Source: Nitrosopumilus sp.
GTDB lineage: Archaea; Thermoproteota; Nitrososphaeria; Nitrososphaerales; Nitrosopumilaceae
Length of the DNA: 64,000 bases
Direction of reading: 5' to 3'
Assembly: GCA_965238275.1 (NCBI GenBank)
Contig: OZ250186.1
Span: 2,112,001-2,176,000, forward strand
Under the pieces are notes generated by a model, which was not told where the DNA came from, searched no databases, and saw only the letters and a program-made list of their open reading frames with translations. This document shows positions 42,260 through 52,164 of this stretch, piece by piece. A program made the translations under genes and the position numbers. Position 1 is the first letter of the stretch; each line of letters opens with the position of its first letter.

Positions 42260-42774
42260 ATGCATGGTGCCAACTACAGGAACGGAACAGGCCAGCCATT
42301 TACGCGAAAGCAGTACATCAAGGGAAAACCGCAGATAAAGATCGCCAAGTTTCAGGGCGGCAAGAGGGGAACATACCAGTACTGCGTCCAGCTTCTCATT
42401 AATGAAAAGATTCAGATCAGGCACATGGCCATCGAGTCGACCAGACTTGCGGCAAACAAGACCCTGGAGAAGACAGTCGGGGAGACTGGCTACTATTCCA
42501 GACTCAGGATATACCCGCACAATCTCCTCAGGGAGAACAAGATGATTGCCGCCGCAGGCGCAGACAGGCTTCAGGAGGGAATGAGGCGTGCATGGGGCAA
42601 GGCAACAAGCCTCGGGGCAAGGGTCAGACAGGGCCAGTGCATCATAGACCCCGACATTATGTCAACGGGAGTGAACACCTGGAGGCTTCGAAAAAGGCAC
42701 TCAGGGGATCGTGCGTAAAGCTGCCCGGAACCCCGACAATCAAGGTAATCGAGTGGAACAAGCCATCACCATAG
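42260..42774 (+). CDS. rpl10e: 50S ribosomal protein L10e/uL16, apparent frameshift near 42645-42660
   Basis: RIYPHNLLRENK, GADRLQEGMRRAWGK; the C-terminus (EASKKALRGSCVKLPG) is in another frame. Confidence 0.88.
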
Positions 42775-43029
42775 GCCCTCCAGCTGCTGCTTTTTGCCCC
42801 TTACAAACGCCAAGAATTCCTCAAACTCTTCTTTTGTCGGTTCGCGCCCAAGCACCCTCCTTGACTGATAGTAGAATGCGTTATAGAGCCTCCCCATCGC
42901 TATCCCCAGTACAAACGACCGGGAATAGTCTGCCTCAGAAAGGGATCTGGCCAGCTGCAGTATCTCATCCCTGTTTGAGACAGTCTCCTGAATCTTCTGT
43001 TCCAGCCGCTCAAGGATCACCCCATTCAC
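42766..43029 (-). CDS. Hypothetical protein
   Basis: 87-aa ORF, YNAFYYQSRRVLGREPT. Confidence 0.7.
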   Translation of the reverse strand: MNGVILERLEQKIQETVSNRDEILQLARSLSEADYSRSFVLGIAMGRLYNAFYYQSRRVLGREPTKEEFEEFLAFVRGKKQQLEGLW

Positions 43030-43092
43030 GACTAATGTTGGTCTTTACTGTTAAAAACAGTTTAATATTCAAATCCGGATTCTAGAACTGTC

Positions 43093-43166
43093 GCAGTTAT
43101 AGTATAGTTTGGTTATTATGCGAGCTTGCCAAGTTCGTGACCCGGGTTCAAATCCCGGTAACTGCA
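43093..43166 (+). tRNA. tRNA-Gly(GCC)
   Basis: Acceptor GCAGTTA/TAACTGC, loop TTGCCAA, TTCAAAT T-loop, followed by CCA. Confidence 0.93.
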
Positions 43167-43597
43167 CCATCGGGTTCCAGGGGCGTCAGGGCCTTCCTGA
43201 TTATTGCCAGGGCATCCTGTGCCCTTGCAGGATTGGGCAGCTGAATCATAAAGACGTTATCCCTGCCGTAGTGGGATCTTGGGGAGGATAGTGCAAGCAT
43301 CGTGGCATCTGCAAGGGACTCGAAGAATGCCAGATCGGTTTTTGCATTGACCATGAATCTTTCAACCATGCCGCCCTTTGAGAACTCTAGAACAACATCC
43401 ACAAAGACATGCCCCAGCCCGTCCTGCAGGATGTTCAGATTGGTGTCGATCGAGAGCGGCCTGCCTGCAATCTCAGACAGCAGATCGTCATACCGGCTCG
43501 CCTCAATAACAATGCACGGGACCCTCCTGCCGTCAAAGTCAAAGGTGGTGACTCCGTCATGCACCCGGCTGAGCAGTCTCTTTAATTCGTCAGGCAT
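43148..43597 (-). CDS. Hypothetical protein
   Basis: 149-aa ORF coupled to the antiporter. Confidence 0.7.
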   Translation of the reverse strand: MPDELKRLLSRVHDGVTTFDFDGRRVPCIVIEASRYDDLLSEIAGRPLSIDTNLNILQDGLGHVFVDVVLEFSKGGMVERFMVNAKTDLAFFESLADATMLALSSPRSHYGRDNVFMIQLPNPARAQDALAIIRKALTPLEPDGAVTGI

Positions 43598-44915
43598 CGT
43601 CGTCCTGCTCGTCCATTGAAAGTACCTTGTCTCCGGCCCGTACCATGTATGGTGTAAGAAACGAGGTGATTATCGCGATCATTCCCATCAGCGGAAAGAG
43701 AAAGGCGCTGACTGCGCCTATGTCCACGCCGGTCTTAATAATTACGATTGAGAATTCGCCTCTTGGCGCAGCCAGGGTAAATGCGGAGCGAAACACGCCT
43801 CCGCGCCGCTGGCGGAATATCAGGCTGGCAATCGTGTTTCCCCCAAACTTTGTACCGATGGCCACTGCAATCAGTGCGACGGCTATGAGCATATAGTCGC
43901 CAATATTGGTAATGTCCATCAGGGCGCCTATGGATATGAAAAATATTGCCACGAACATGTCCTTGATCGGGCTTGAGAGCAGCTTGGCCACTTCGGCCGA
44001 CTTTGATTCGGCCACAAGCACCCCTGCCAAAAACGCCCCGATTGCAACAGAGAGCCCCACGACGTTTGTCAGCAGGGCGTATCCAAAGCAGATTCCAAGA
44101 ATGGTAAGCAGTAGGATTTCACGATGCTCGGTTGCAGCAACCCTGTCGATCAGGGGCGTGATCAGGCGGGTGCCGACTGCAAACGTTCCAAAGATCAGTG
44201 CGGCGGCGACTGCCACAACAGTTGCAACCGACTCTGGAGATACGGTTCCAATCAGGGCAACGGACTGCAGCGAGCTGAGCAGTATTACGGCAATTACATC
44301 CTCCACAATCAGGATTCCCAGAACCCGGATGGACGACTTTTGTTGGATCTTCCCTGCATCCTCCAGAATCTTGACGATTACAGCAGTGCTGGAGATGGAC
44401 AGGGCCGCTGCAATAAACAGGGCGTCCATGAACTCCAGGCCAAGCGCAGTCGCCACGTAAAATATGGCCCCCAGCGACATGAGCAGCCCCATCGTGCCCA
44501 CGCCTATGGTGGCCCGGCCTATGCTTCGAATCTTTGCGTACGGGAACTCGATTCCAATGACAAACAGTAGCAGTATGACTCCGATATCGGCAAAGAGGTG
44601 CAGGGCAGAGATGTCAGCCAGCAGCCCCACCTCGCCGAAGATGCTGGGATCCCTCCCGTCAGGCAGAATCCATGACCAGAACGGCGAGAGAGGGCCTATC
44701 AGCATTCCCGCAAAGAGATATCCGATGATCAGCGGCTGCCGTATCTTAAAGAATGCAAGGGCGACTACGGCCCCAATAATCATGATAAAAGCCAGATCAG
44801 TGATAAAGTTGGTATGGTAAAATCCAGGAGTGACCTGGTCAATAATGGTGGTTACGGTACTGTTGAACGAGTCTTGGATTGTTGACGGATCCAGCTGGAG
44901 TAAGAAGTTCTGCAT
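43590..44915 (-). CDS. CPA2-family cation:proton antiporter
   Basis: LLFVIGIE, SISSTAV, GILIVED, GAFLAG, PRGEFS. Confidence 0.92.
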   Translation of the reverse strand: MQNFLLQLDPSTIQDSFNSTVTTIIDQVTPGFYHTNFITDLAFIMIIGAVVALAFFKIRQPLIIGYLFAGMLIGPLSPFWSWILPDGRDPSIFGEVGLLADISALHLFADIGVILLLFVIGIEFPYAKIRSIGRATIGVGTMGLLMSLGAIFYVATALGLEFMDALFIAAALSISSTAVIVKILEDAGKIQQKSSIRVLGILIVEDVIAVILLSSLQSVALIGTVSPESVATVVAVAAALIFGTFAVGTRLITPLIDRVAATEHREILLLTILGICFGYALLTNVVGLSVAIGAFLAGVLVAESKSAEVAKLLSSPIKDMFVAIFFISIGALMDITNIGDYMLIAVALIAVAIGTKFGGNTIASLIFRQRRGGVFRSAFTLAAPRGEFSIVIIKTGVDIGAVSAFLFPLMGMIAIITSFLTPYMVRAGDKVLSMDEQDDDA

Positions 44916-45230
44916 ACTAACAGTTTGTACAGTATGCTTAAAAATAGATGCCATGGCAGATGGCACCCATACCCCGGAACTGACGCGGATCCGGCATCAC
45001 ATAGCCTGCAGGCCAAACCGCACCATGCCGTAGGACGTATTGGACTCACGGATTCGTGCGATCCGGAGATACGGCGCATGCCAAATCCCTTTATTGTCAT
45101 GGAACCGCACACACACATAGAGACAGTCACATGACCAAGTGCGGGGTGATGAGTAGGTCGACTGAAACGGGATGTGGAGACATGACCTGGGGTATTTGAC
45201 TGCATTAGGTTATGCCGTGTTTGGGTTCTG

Positions 45231-46720
45231 TAGTGAAAAGCGAAAGTTCGTGCAATTTTTTGGATCCCTTTTTAAGAAAACAAATTCTATCCACATACAT
45301 GATTGTCAGCAAACGCGTTACGATAATGCAGTCTCGGGAATTGTCACGCAAGATTGTAAAATGTTCCCTGGAAACAGACGTCGTTTACGACATGACCATA
45401 CTGATGAAACTGGCCCATCCCAAAATGACCCAGTTTGACGTGAACAACCTGATAACTGGCTGGCGCAAAGAATTCAACCTGACCAACAGCGTCCGCATGC
45501 ATGAGGCCGCGTCCAAGCAGGCCCTCCAGTCGGTAATCAAATTTAAGAAATCAAATGTGAAAAAACACGCAAAACGGATCTGGCGCAAGAAGCAGATAAA
45601 GCTCGGCAAGGCCAGAACGTACAGGCACAACAGGTGGACGGATCCGTCCAGCCTGATGAGGCGCGGCAAGAAGACAACCAGGCTGCGTTCGCTGAATTCG
45701 CGCGGAAAGCCAAAACTGCGAGACGACGGCACGGTGTTCCTGCCCGGACTCGGAGGGGTAAGGCCGCGCACGGAGATCCCCGAAGGCAGGTTTGTGTCGT
45801 TCCAGATGATCGACATTACAAACAAGGTCACGCGCAAGACCAATGACGGTGATCGCAGGTTCAAACTGCATTTGCAGGTAGAAGTTCCAGACCCCGAACC
45901 AGCTGCAGGCTGCAAGGCAGGGATCGATCTGGGCGTCAGGCACCTTGCGGCAGTCGCAGACGAGGACGGGAACGAAAAACTGTACAATGTTCCTGGCGGG
46001 TGCAGGCGTCACGACGGCGACAAGATTGACCGGTTGAAGTCACGCCGGTCAAAATGCGTGCGCGGTTCGCGCAAATGGGGAAAGGTCGGCCGCATGATAC
46101 AACGTGAATTGAAAAAGATATCCGACAGGCAGAAACACAACGAAACGGGCATTGCCAGGCGGATAACAAAAGGCCTGTCTGCGGTATTTTTGGAAGACAT
46201 GGATTTGACCAGGATGAGGAGATCCAACGGAAAGGCACCAAAGACCGGGTTGAACCGCGAGATGGCATACTCTAGGATGGGGGAGTTTCGGAGCCAGGTT
46301 GAATGGCAGATGAAAAAGAAAGGCGGAGTTTCAAAACGCGTGGAATACAAGAATACCAGCCAGAGGTGTGCTGTTTGCGGAACTGTGGACAAAAAGTCCA
46401 GAAACGGCGAATCCTTTGCCTGCACTGCATGCGGGTGGTACCACCACGCCGACAAGAACGCGGCAAAAAATATTTTGGATAATGACTGCCTCCACATGGG
46501 GGCTGGCGGCCAAGCCCACAAAAACAGTGGAGGCACCATTGCAGGTGTCAAGGTCGTCACAAGGCGCGAGGATCACGGTTCAGGCAGTCCTGCAAGGGAC
46601 AGCTTGACAAGTCGGCTTGGACCCGACAACGATGATTTTGGAAGATCTGACAGAGCGCCGGAAAGGGCATCAGGGCATGCTACGGAGAAATCTGTTTGCA
46701 CAAACTTTCGCTCGCCGCTA
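45231..46720 (+). mobile_element. TIR-bounded TnpB-only element, copy 3 (1490 bp, diverged)
   Basis: TAGTGAAAAGCGAAAGTTCGTGCAA ... TTGCACAAACTTTCGCTCGCCGCTA; TG duplication at 45229-30 and 46721-22. Confidence 0.9.
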
Positions 46721-46780
46721 TGGTACCAGTCACACTGCAGAGCCAGAACCCAGACGGCCCGCATAAGGAACCGCCAATAG
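45299..46780 (+). CDS. tnpB: TnpB RNA-guided nuclease (reads through the right end into the flank)
   Basis: GIDLG, FLEDM, CAVCG..CTACG, HADKNAAKNI; TTTTTAAG box about 25 bp upstream. Confidence 0.92.
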   Translation: MIVSKRVTIMQSRELSRKIVKCSLETDVVYDMTILMKLAHPKMTQFDVNNLITGWRKEFNLTNSVRMHEAASKQALQSVIKFKKSNVKKHAKRIWRKKQIKLGKARTYRHNRWTDPSSLMRRGKKTTRLRSLNSRGKPKLRDDGTVFLPGLGGVRPRTEIPEGRFVSFQMIDITNKVTRKTNDGDRRFKLHLQVEVPDPEPAAGCKAGIDLGVRHLAAVADEDGNEKLYNVPGGCRRHDGDKIDRLKSRRSKCVRGSRKWGKVGRMIQRELKKISDRQKHNETGIARRITKGLSAVFLEDMDLTRMRRSNGKAPKTGLNREMAYSRMGEFRSQVEWQMKKKGGVSKRVEYKNTSQRCAVCGTVDKKSRNGESFACTACGWYHHADKNAAKNILDNDCLHMGAGGQAHKNSGGTIAGVKVVTRREDHGSGSPARDSLTSRLGPDNDDFGRSDRAPERASGHATEKSVCTNFRSPLWYQSHCRARTQTARIRNRQ

Positions 46781-47158
46781 TCATCACATGCAGCAGTGGC
46801 AGATGCCAAGACATGGTTCTGATGAACGGTGCATAAAAGCAGTCGAGTGTCACATCAGGCAGATTCTGCACAAGGCAGGCATGCTGCAGGGGATACAGCA
46901 TCAGGCCACAGGCATGGCATTACAGGAATGGAAGGGGCAGACGCCTCTAACACGTGGCGGCAGGCCGTGCAATTTGGATCCACAAAGTATTAGTAGTACC
47001 GTACTATACAGTACCATATGATTCGATGCCAGCACTGCACCATGCCATTCACGGCAACTGCAGACGGGATGGCCGAAAAGACATTTCATGAGATTCTCCA
47101 CGGTCCCAAAGTAGTCAACTAGCCCAACTCTTTTATGATAATTTTTTTAATGGAATGC

Positions 47159-48661
47159 ATGGCAAGTGCCGCAAAAAAGACTACTGGGACTGCAAAGAAG
47201 AGGGAGCCGAGTCCGGCCGCACTTTTAAAGAAGGTCGCATCAGTCTCGGACTCTACAAAGGCGCTGCAAAAGGAGATCAAGGCAATGTCAAAGATCTTTG
47301 CGGGCAACCAAAAGATACTTGTCTCGATGAAGGGTATGATGGATGCGCTGGCATCAACGCTGGAGCATGTCCAAAAGCACTCAAGGCAGATCAGCATAAT
47401 GGAGGAGGATACGCAAAAGCTGTATGCCGGCCTGAATCGCGCAAAGTCCCAGTCGGACATTATAGGCAGGCTCAACGATCAGACTGCAAGGCTGCAGGAG
47501 GAGGTGAACAGGGTCCAGAAGATACAGGAGGCATCAAACACCGGGGAGCTTGCACGGCAGGTCGAGGACAGCATGCATTCAATCCAGAACAACTCCAAGA
47601 TGATCATCAGGATTGCACAGAGAATCGACGAGATAAGGGACGAGCTCAGGGATGTCTCGGGAAGGACAGACTCGCTTTTGGAGATTGGCAGCGACATTGA
47701 CAGGCTCAAAAACAGCATGGATGACATATCAGAAAAGACCACAAGGCTGGATGCAGGGACGCATGTGATTGAAGACATCAAGGGCGAGCTTGGAAGGATT
47801 GCCGAGAAGGTCTCGTCAGATTCCAATCTTGGCTCCGAACTGGACGCAATCAGGTCGACGATTGACGCCATATCGGCAAAGGCCTCAAGGATCGACTCGC
47901 TGGGCGGCGTCATAGAGAATCTTCAGAACCAGTTTGAGGCAGTTGCCGCAGATGCCACGGACACAAACAGCATGTGCGCAAGGTCAGTCAGTGATCTTGC
48001 AGGCAAGATAGACAGGATAGAGACCGATATCGGGACACTGTCACGCAGGGCAGACTCGACGGCGTTTGTAGGGGAGGGACTCAAGTCGGTCCAGTCGGAT
48101 CTGAACAACCTCAAGGAAGGCATGCTTGAGAGGACCGACGGCATAGAGCAGAAGATTGCATCTGCCTCGGAGATGATAAGGAGGCAGGATGCAGGAAACG
48201 CAGAATTTCACAAAAAAACGGAGAGCATATTCAAGGATATTCAGGCGATCAAGAGCGCGGCAAGCAAGGCATCAGGGGACTCTTCAAGGGAGATGATGGC
48301 GCTGCTAAGGCTCTCAGAGTACCAGTCGGGCATCAGGATGAATGCAGAATCCAAGTACGGGGATTCGGTGGATCTGGAGAAGATGGCGCAGCAGACTGTG
48401 CAGATTATCAACTTGTTTGACAGAATCTCAATTGAGGCAGGTGAGGAGATCCCGCTTCCCCGCGAGGTAAGGCAGTGGGCCATAAGCAAGATTCTGGACT
48501 GTGCTGACAGGTGGGAGATTCGGTTTGAGGAGGTCTATTCCATGCTGAAAAATACGATGGGCAAAAAAACCCTCAACGAGTCCCTGAGAATTCAGCAGGT
48601 AAGGGACATTTACGGAATCAGGGCAGTAGACAAGATCAGGCGGGAACTGGACATATCCTAG
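47159..48661 (+). CDS. Long coiled-coil protein
   Basis: Heptad-rich 500-aa ORF. Confidence 0.75.
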   Translation: MASAAKKTTGTAKKREPSPAALLKKVASVSDSTKALQKEIKAMSKIFAGNQKILVSMKGMMDALASTLEHVQKHSRQISIMEEDTQKLYAGLNRAKSQSDIIGRLNDQTARLQEEVNRVQKIQEASNTGELARQVEDSMHSIQNNSKMIIRIAQRIDEIRDELRDVSGRTDSLLEIGSDIDRLKNSMDDISEKTTRLDAGTHVIEDIKGELGRIAEKVSSDSNLGSELDAIRSTIDAISAKASRIDSLGGVIENLQNQFEAVAADATDTNSMCARSVSDLAGKIDRIETDIGTLSRRADSTAFVGEGLKSVQSDLNNLKEGMLERTDGIEQKIASASEMIRRQDAGNAEFHKKTESIFKDIQAIKSAASKASGDSSREMMALLRLSEYQSGIRMNAESKYGDSVDLEKMAQQTVQIINLFDRISIEAGEEIPLPREVRQWAISKILDCADRWEIRFEEVYSMLKNTMGKKTLNESLRIQQVRDIYGIRAVDKIRRELDIS

Positions 48662-50749
48662 ACGCCGACCTCGTCGATCCTGTTGAGTTGTTCCTTCTTC
48701 CTCTTCAGGGCCGCAAATATTCCCAGAATTACGGCAATCCACATGGTGGCAAGGAGTATGTTGGTGATGCTGACGTACATGTATGGCATTGCATCAGTGA
48801 CGTTGGACTGCAGCAGCAACGCCCTGCTGTTGATGTCCATCATTCCGGTATGGTACGCAGAACTGTCCTTTGGGACGGTTGCAATCTTTTGAATGCTCTC
48901 AGATATGGTGTTGATGTCAGTCTGGATTCTAAGGAAGTTTGTAGACTCTGTGGCAAAGAGCCATACGGGGTTTTTGGCAACAAGCTCGCCGCCCGTGTCG
49001 GTCGTTTCAGGCAGCTTTGTAAGCACGATCGTCATGTCATTATTGATTGCAGCCAGATGGGCCTGGATGACTGCAGGATCAGATGAGCCGACTGTCAAGG
49101 TTACCCCTTATCCTGTCAAGCGGGTATATGTCAGAGTTGTACCCGTAGAGTGCCATAAATCCGCCAAACATGATAACTGCAACTATTCCCACCATCGAAA
49201 GCTTGTAAACCCTGTTAGCCATCTTCTCCTTCTCAGTCATTACAGGATTGGGGTTTGATTTATTTCTTTTATACCGGGTGTGCGACAGGCTCATGTAGGC
49301 GATATAAAAGAACCCGACCACCTGCAGTCCGATGATCGGTGCAAAGATTGGATTGTTTGAGAATATGGCAATGAATATCCCGGCCACGCCGTACACTCCA
49401 AAGAATATCTCCAGGAGGGTGGTCTGGGTAAAGGGCAGGTTGTATGCCTTGTTCTTCCAGCCGTCATCGTTTTTGATTATGCCGTACTTGGGAGTTCGAA
49501 GAAACTCGTTCTTTCTTCCAACCACGGCATCAAAGACTGCGACGGTATTGTTGACTGACATTCCGGCGTTATACACCAGCAGGGCCGGAAGTATCTTTGC
49601 CTTTGACTTCCACGACTTGTTGTACATCTTTTGTATTATCATGATGTATGCGCCCGGCCCCATCGCAAGGTATGTTGCAATCGTCAGTGCCGGAAGAAGG
49701 CTGATTATGTAGAGGTCCACCCTCCCTGCCAGCAGTACAGGCAGTGCCAGAAACTGTATGAGCATCAGCGGGTACACGATGTGGCGCGTCAGCTGAATGA
49801 ATGCCTGGATCTTGGTCTCCACTGCAACTGTGCGCTTGATGACAATGTCAGAGAGCAGCTTTATTGCACACTGTATGGAGCCCTTTGCCCAGCGAAACTG
49901 CTGGCGTTTTGCCGCATTCATCTGGACTGGAAGCTCTGCATCCACCACAACGTCAGGCAAAAAGATACACTTCCATCCCTTCATCTGCGCCCTGTAGCTC
50001 AGGTCCAGATCCTCTACCAGCGTGGCCGTATGCCAGCCCCCGGAATCCTCAATGCAGTCCCGCTTCCAGATTCCGGCGGTTCCGTTAAAGTTCATAAAGA
50101 GACTGGAGTTGCTTTTTGCCTTTTGTTCTATCAGAAAATGAAAGTCAAGGCTCAGCGCCTGCGCCTGGGTTATTGCAGAGTAGTTCTCGTTGACGTGCCC
50201 CCAGCGGCACTGTACCAGGCCTATGCCCGGCTCTGAAAAGTACGGGATTGCCTTCCTGAGAAACCACTCAGGCGGGATAAAGTCTGCATCAAATATGGCA
50301 ACAAGCTCCGTGTCTGTCGTCTCCATTGCATGCTTGAGGGCGCCGGCCTTGTATCCCCTCCTTGTTCCGCGCCGGACATGCTCTATTTGAAATCCCTGCT
50401 TTTGGTAGTCACGGACGGTGTCCCTGAGCAGGTCCACGGTGTCATCATCAGAGTCGTCCAGCACCATTATCCTCATCTCGTCCTTGGGGTAGTCCAGGCT
50501 GCACACTGCACTGACAAGCCTCCTTGCGACGTACTTTTCATTGTATATTGGAAGCTGGATGGTAATTGACGGGGTGCCCAGATCAGCAGTGGGCAGAACG
50601 TCATTTCTCCTGCTGGACAGGTATGCCAGATAGTAAAAGTTGCAGGTGTACGCAGTGATTATAACCGCAGATATCATGAAGATGCTGAGCATAAAGCTTA
50701 CAAACGGAGTATAGTCCATGTTCCCTAATGCCTGAGAGGCGCCATTCAC
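48658..50749 (-). pseudogene. GT2 (cellulose-synthase-like) glycosyltransferase, probable frameshift near 49090
   Basis: QLPIYNE, GYKAG, IFDAD, EDLD, QQFRW; the downstream ORF 49098-48658 overlaps without a good start and reads as the C-terminal continuation. Confidence 0.7.
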
Positions 50750-50767
50750 TATTTATAGTTGCAAGCG

Positions 50768-51715
50768 CTATTTCGGCTCGAATATCTTGATTGCCTGGGG
50801 CGGACAGACCCCCTCGCAGGCAAGACAGAATATGCAGTCAGGCTCCTTTGACATCAGCGGCTTCTTCTCGGATCCGGGGTTTCCCGGGGTGTCAAACCAC
50901 TCGTAGACGCTGACCGGACAGGCCTCGATGCAGCCGCCGTCGGCAATACAGATGTCATAGTCTACAGATACAAACTCGCCCCACACGCCCATGATTCCGT
51001 TGCTGGTGCCTCTTCGGCCCCAGGTCTTGATGGTGTGTTCTGCAGCATCATACGAGAGGGACGGCTTGAGTTTTGATTTGAATTCGATGTCGATTGGGCC
51101 ATCTTTTGCGCCGTCTGGAATCTCGATTGCGCCGTCGTCTTCCTCGTCCAATTCCTCGGTAGCCTCTATCGGCTTTGGCTTTGCGCCAAGGACGATCTTG
51201 GCCAGCGGGGTCAGATCCTCAAGTTTTTGAAGTGCCACCACCTCGGAGATCTTTTCAGATTTTACATAATATGCGACAAGCTTGTCTGCAAGGATGGTGT
51301 TGCGCAGTATCGTATCGATGATCATCTTGGCAAAGTGATCGGCTTTTTTGCGGTAGTCCTGAACCCAGTTGGGATCACCGAACTTTTCAATCGGGAATAT
51401 CTGGTATATGATATCAACTACTTCCCCGGTTACAATCTCCACCGTAATTGACAGGTTCACCTCCTCGTAGCCTTTAGCGTCAGGATCATTCATGTTTCGC
51501 TCCGTCCACCTGTACGTGGCAAAGATCCTGTCAGCGTACATGTCCATCTCAAATGACTTTTTGAGGCCGTCATGAACCGACTTTAATTCCACAGGATCCT
51601 CAAGTTTGACTGGCAGTCTGTAAAGGCCAAGCTTGAAGCCGTGCAGCGGATAGACGCCGCGTTTGGCAGTGGGTGCTTCCATCGACCATACGCGATCCTT
51701 TAGGAGCAGTGACAT
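50768..51715 (-). CDS. Protein with C-terminal dicluster ferredoxin domain
   Basis: CIADGGCIEACP and CIFCLACEGVCP. Confidence 0.88.
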   Translation of the reverse strand: MSLLLKDRVWSMEAPTAKRGVYPLHGFKLGLYRLPVKLEDPVELKSVHDGLKKSFEMDMYADRIFATYRWTERNMNDPDAKGYEEVNLSITVEIVTGEVVDIIYQIFPIEKFGDPNWVQDYRKKADHFAKMIIDTILRNTILADKLVAYYVKSEKISEVVALQKLEDLTPLAKIVLGAKPKPIEATEELDEEDDGAIEIPDGAKDGPIDIEFKSKLKPSLSYDAAEHTIKTWGRRGTSNGIMGVWGEFVSVDYDICIADGGCIEACPVSVYEWFDTPGNPGSEKKPLMSKEPDCIFCLACEGVCPPQAIKIFEPK

Positions 51716-52164
51716 TCAATATTGATTGTCCGGATTTAGTTAAAAAGGTTGTCAAATGTAATTTGCGGTGTAGTATCCAAGAATCATGTCGCCTCTGATC
51801 TTGATTGTCAATCATTGATATCTGCCTCCATCCATTTGGGGTTCTGCTGTCTTATCTCGTCAGTCACACGCTTGTTGCGGAATGCCATCATGGGAGTCTC
51901 GTAGTTGTCAATGTCCAGAGAAAAGTGCAACCTGTCGGCGTTATAGTATTCGACGTAATCGTCCAGATCCTTGTAGTGCCATATCTCATCTTCGATCGTT
52001 CTGTGGAACCTTTCCAGTTTTCCGTTGGTCTGCGGGTGATATGGCCGTGAATTGATCAGTCCTACGTTGAGGTTCAGCAGCTCGTTTTCAAAGAATGTTG
52101 GGATCCAGGTTCCGGTCTGCTTCTTGCGGCCACCCCTGCCGACGAAGCACGAACCGTTGTCAGA

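Noticed and set aside
27393-46720. TnpB copies as Cas12f with a CRISPR array, or as ordinary IS605/IS1341 elements
   Set aside because: There is no repeat-spacer array or cas gene in the window. The ends are TIRs with 2-bp duplications rather than subterminal hairpins, and no tnpA is present.
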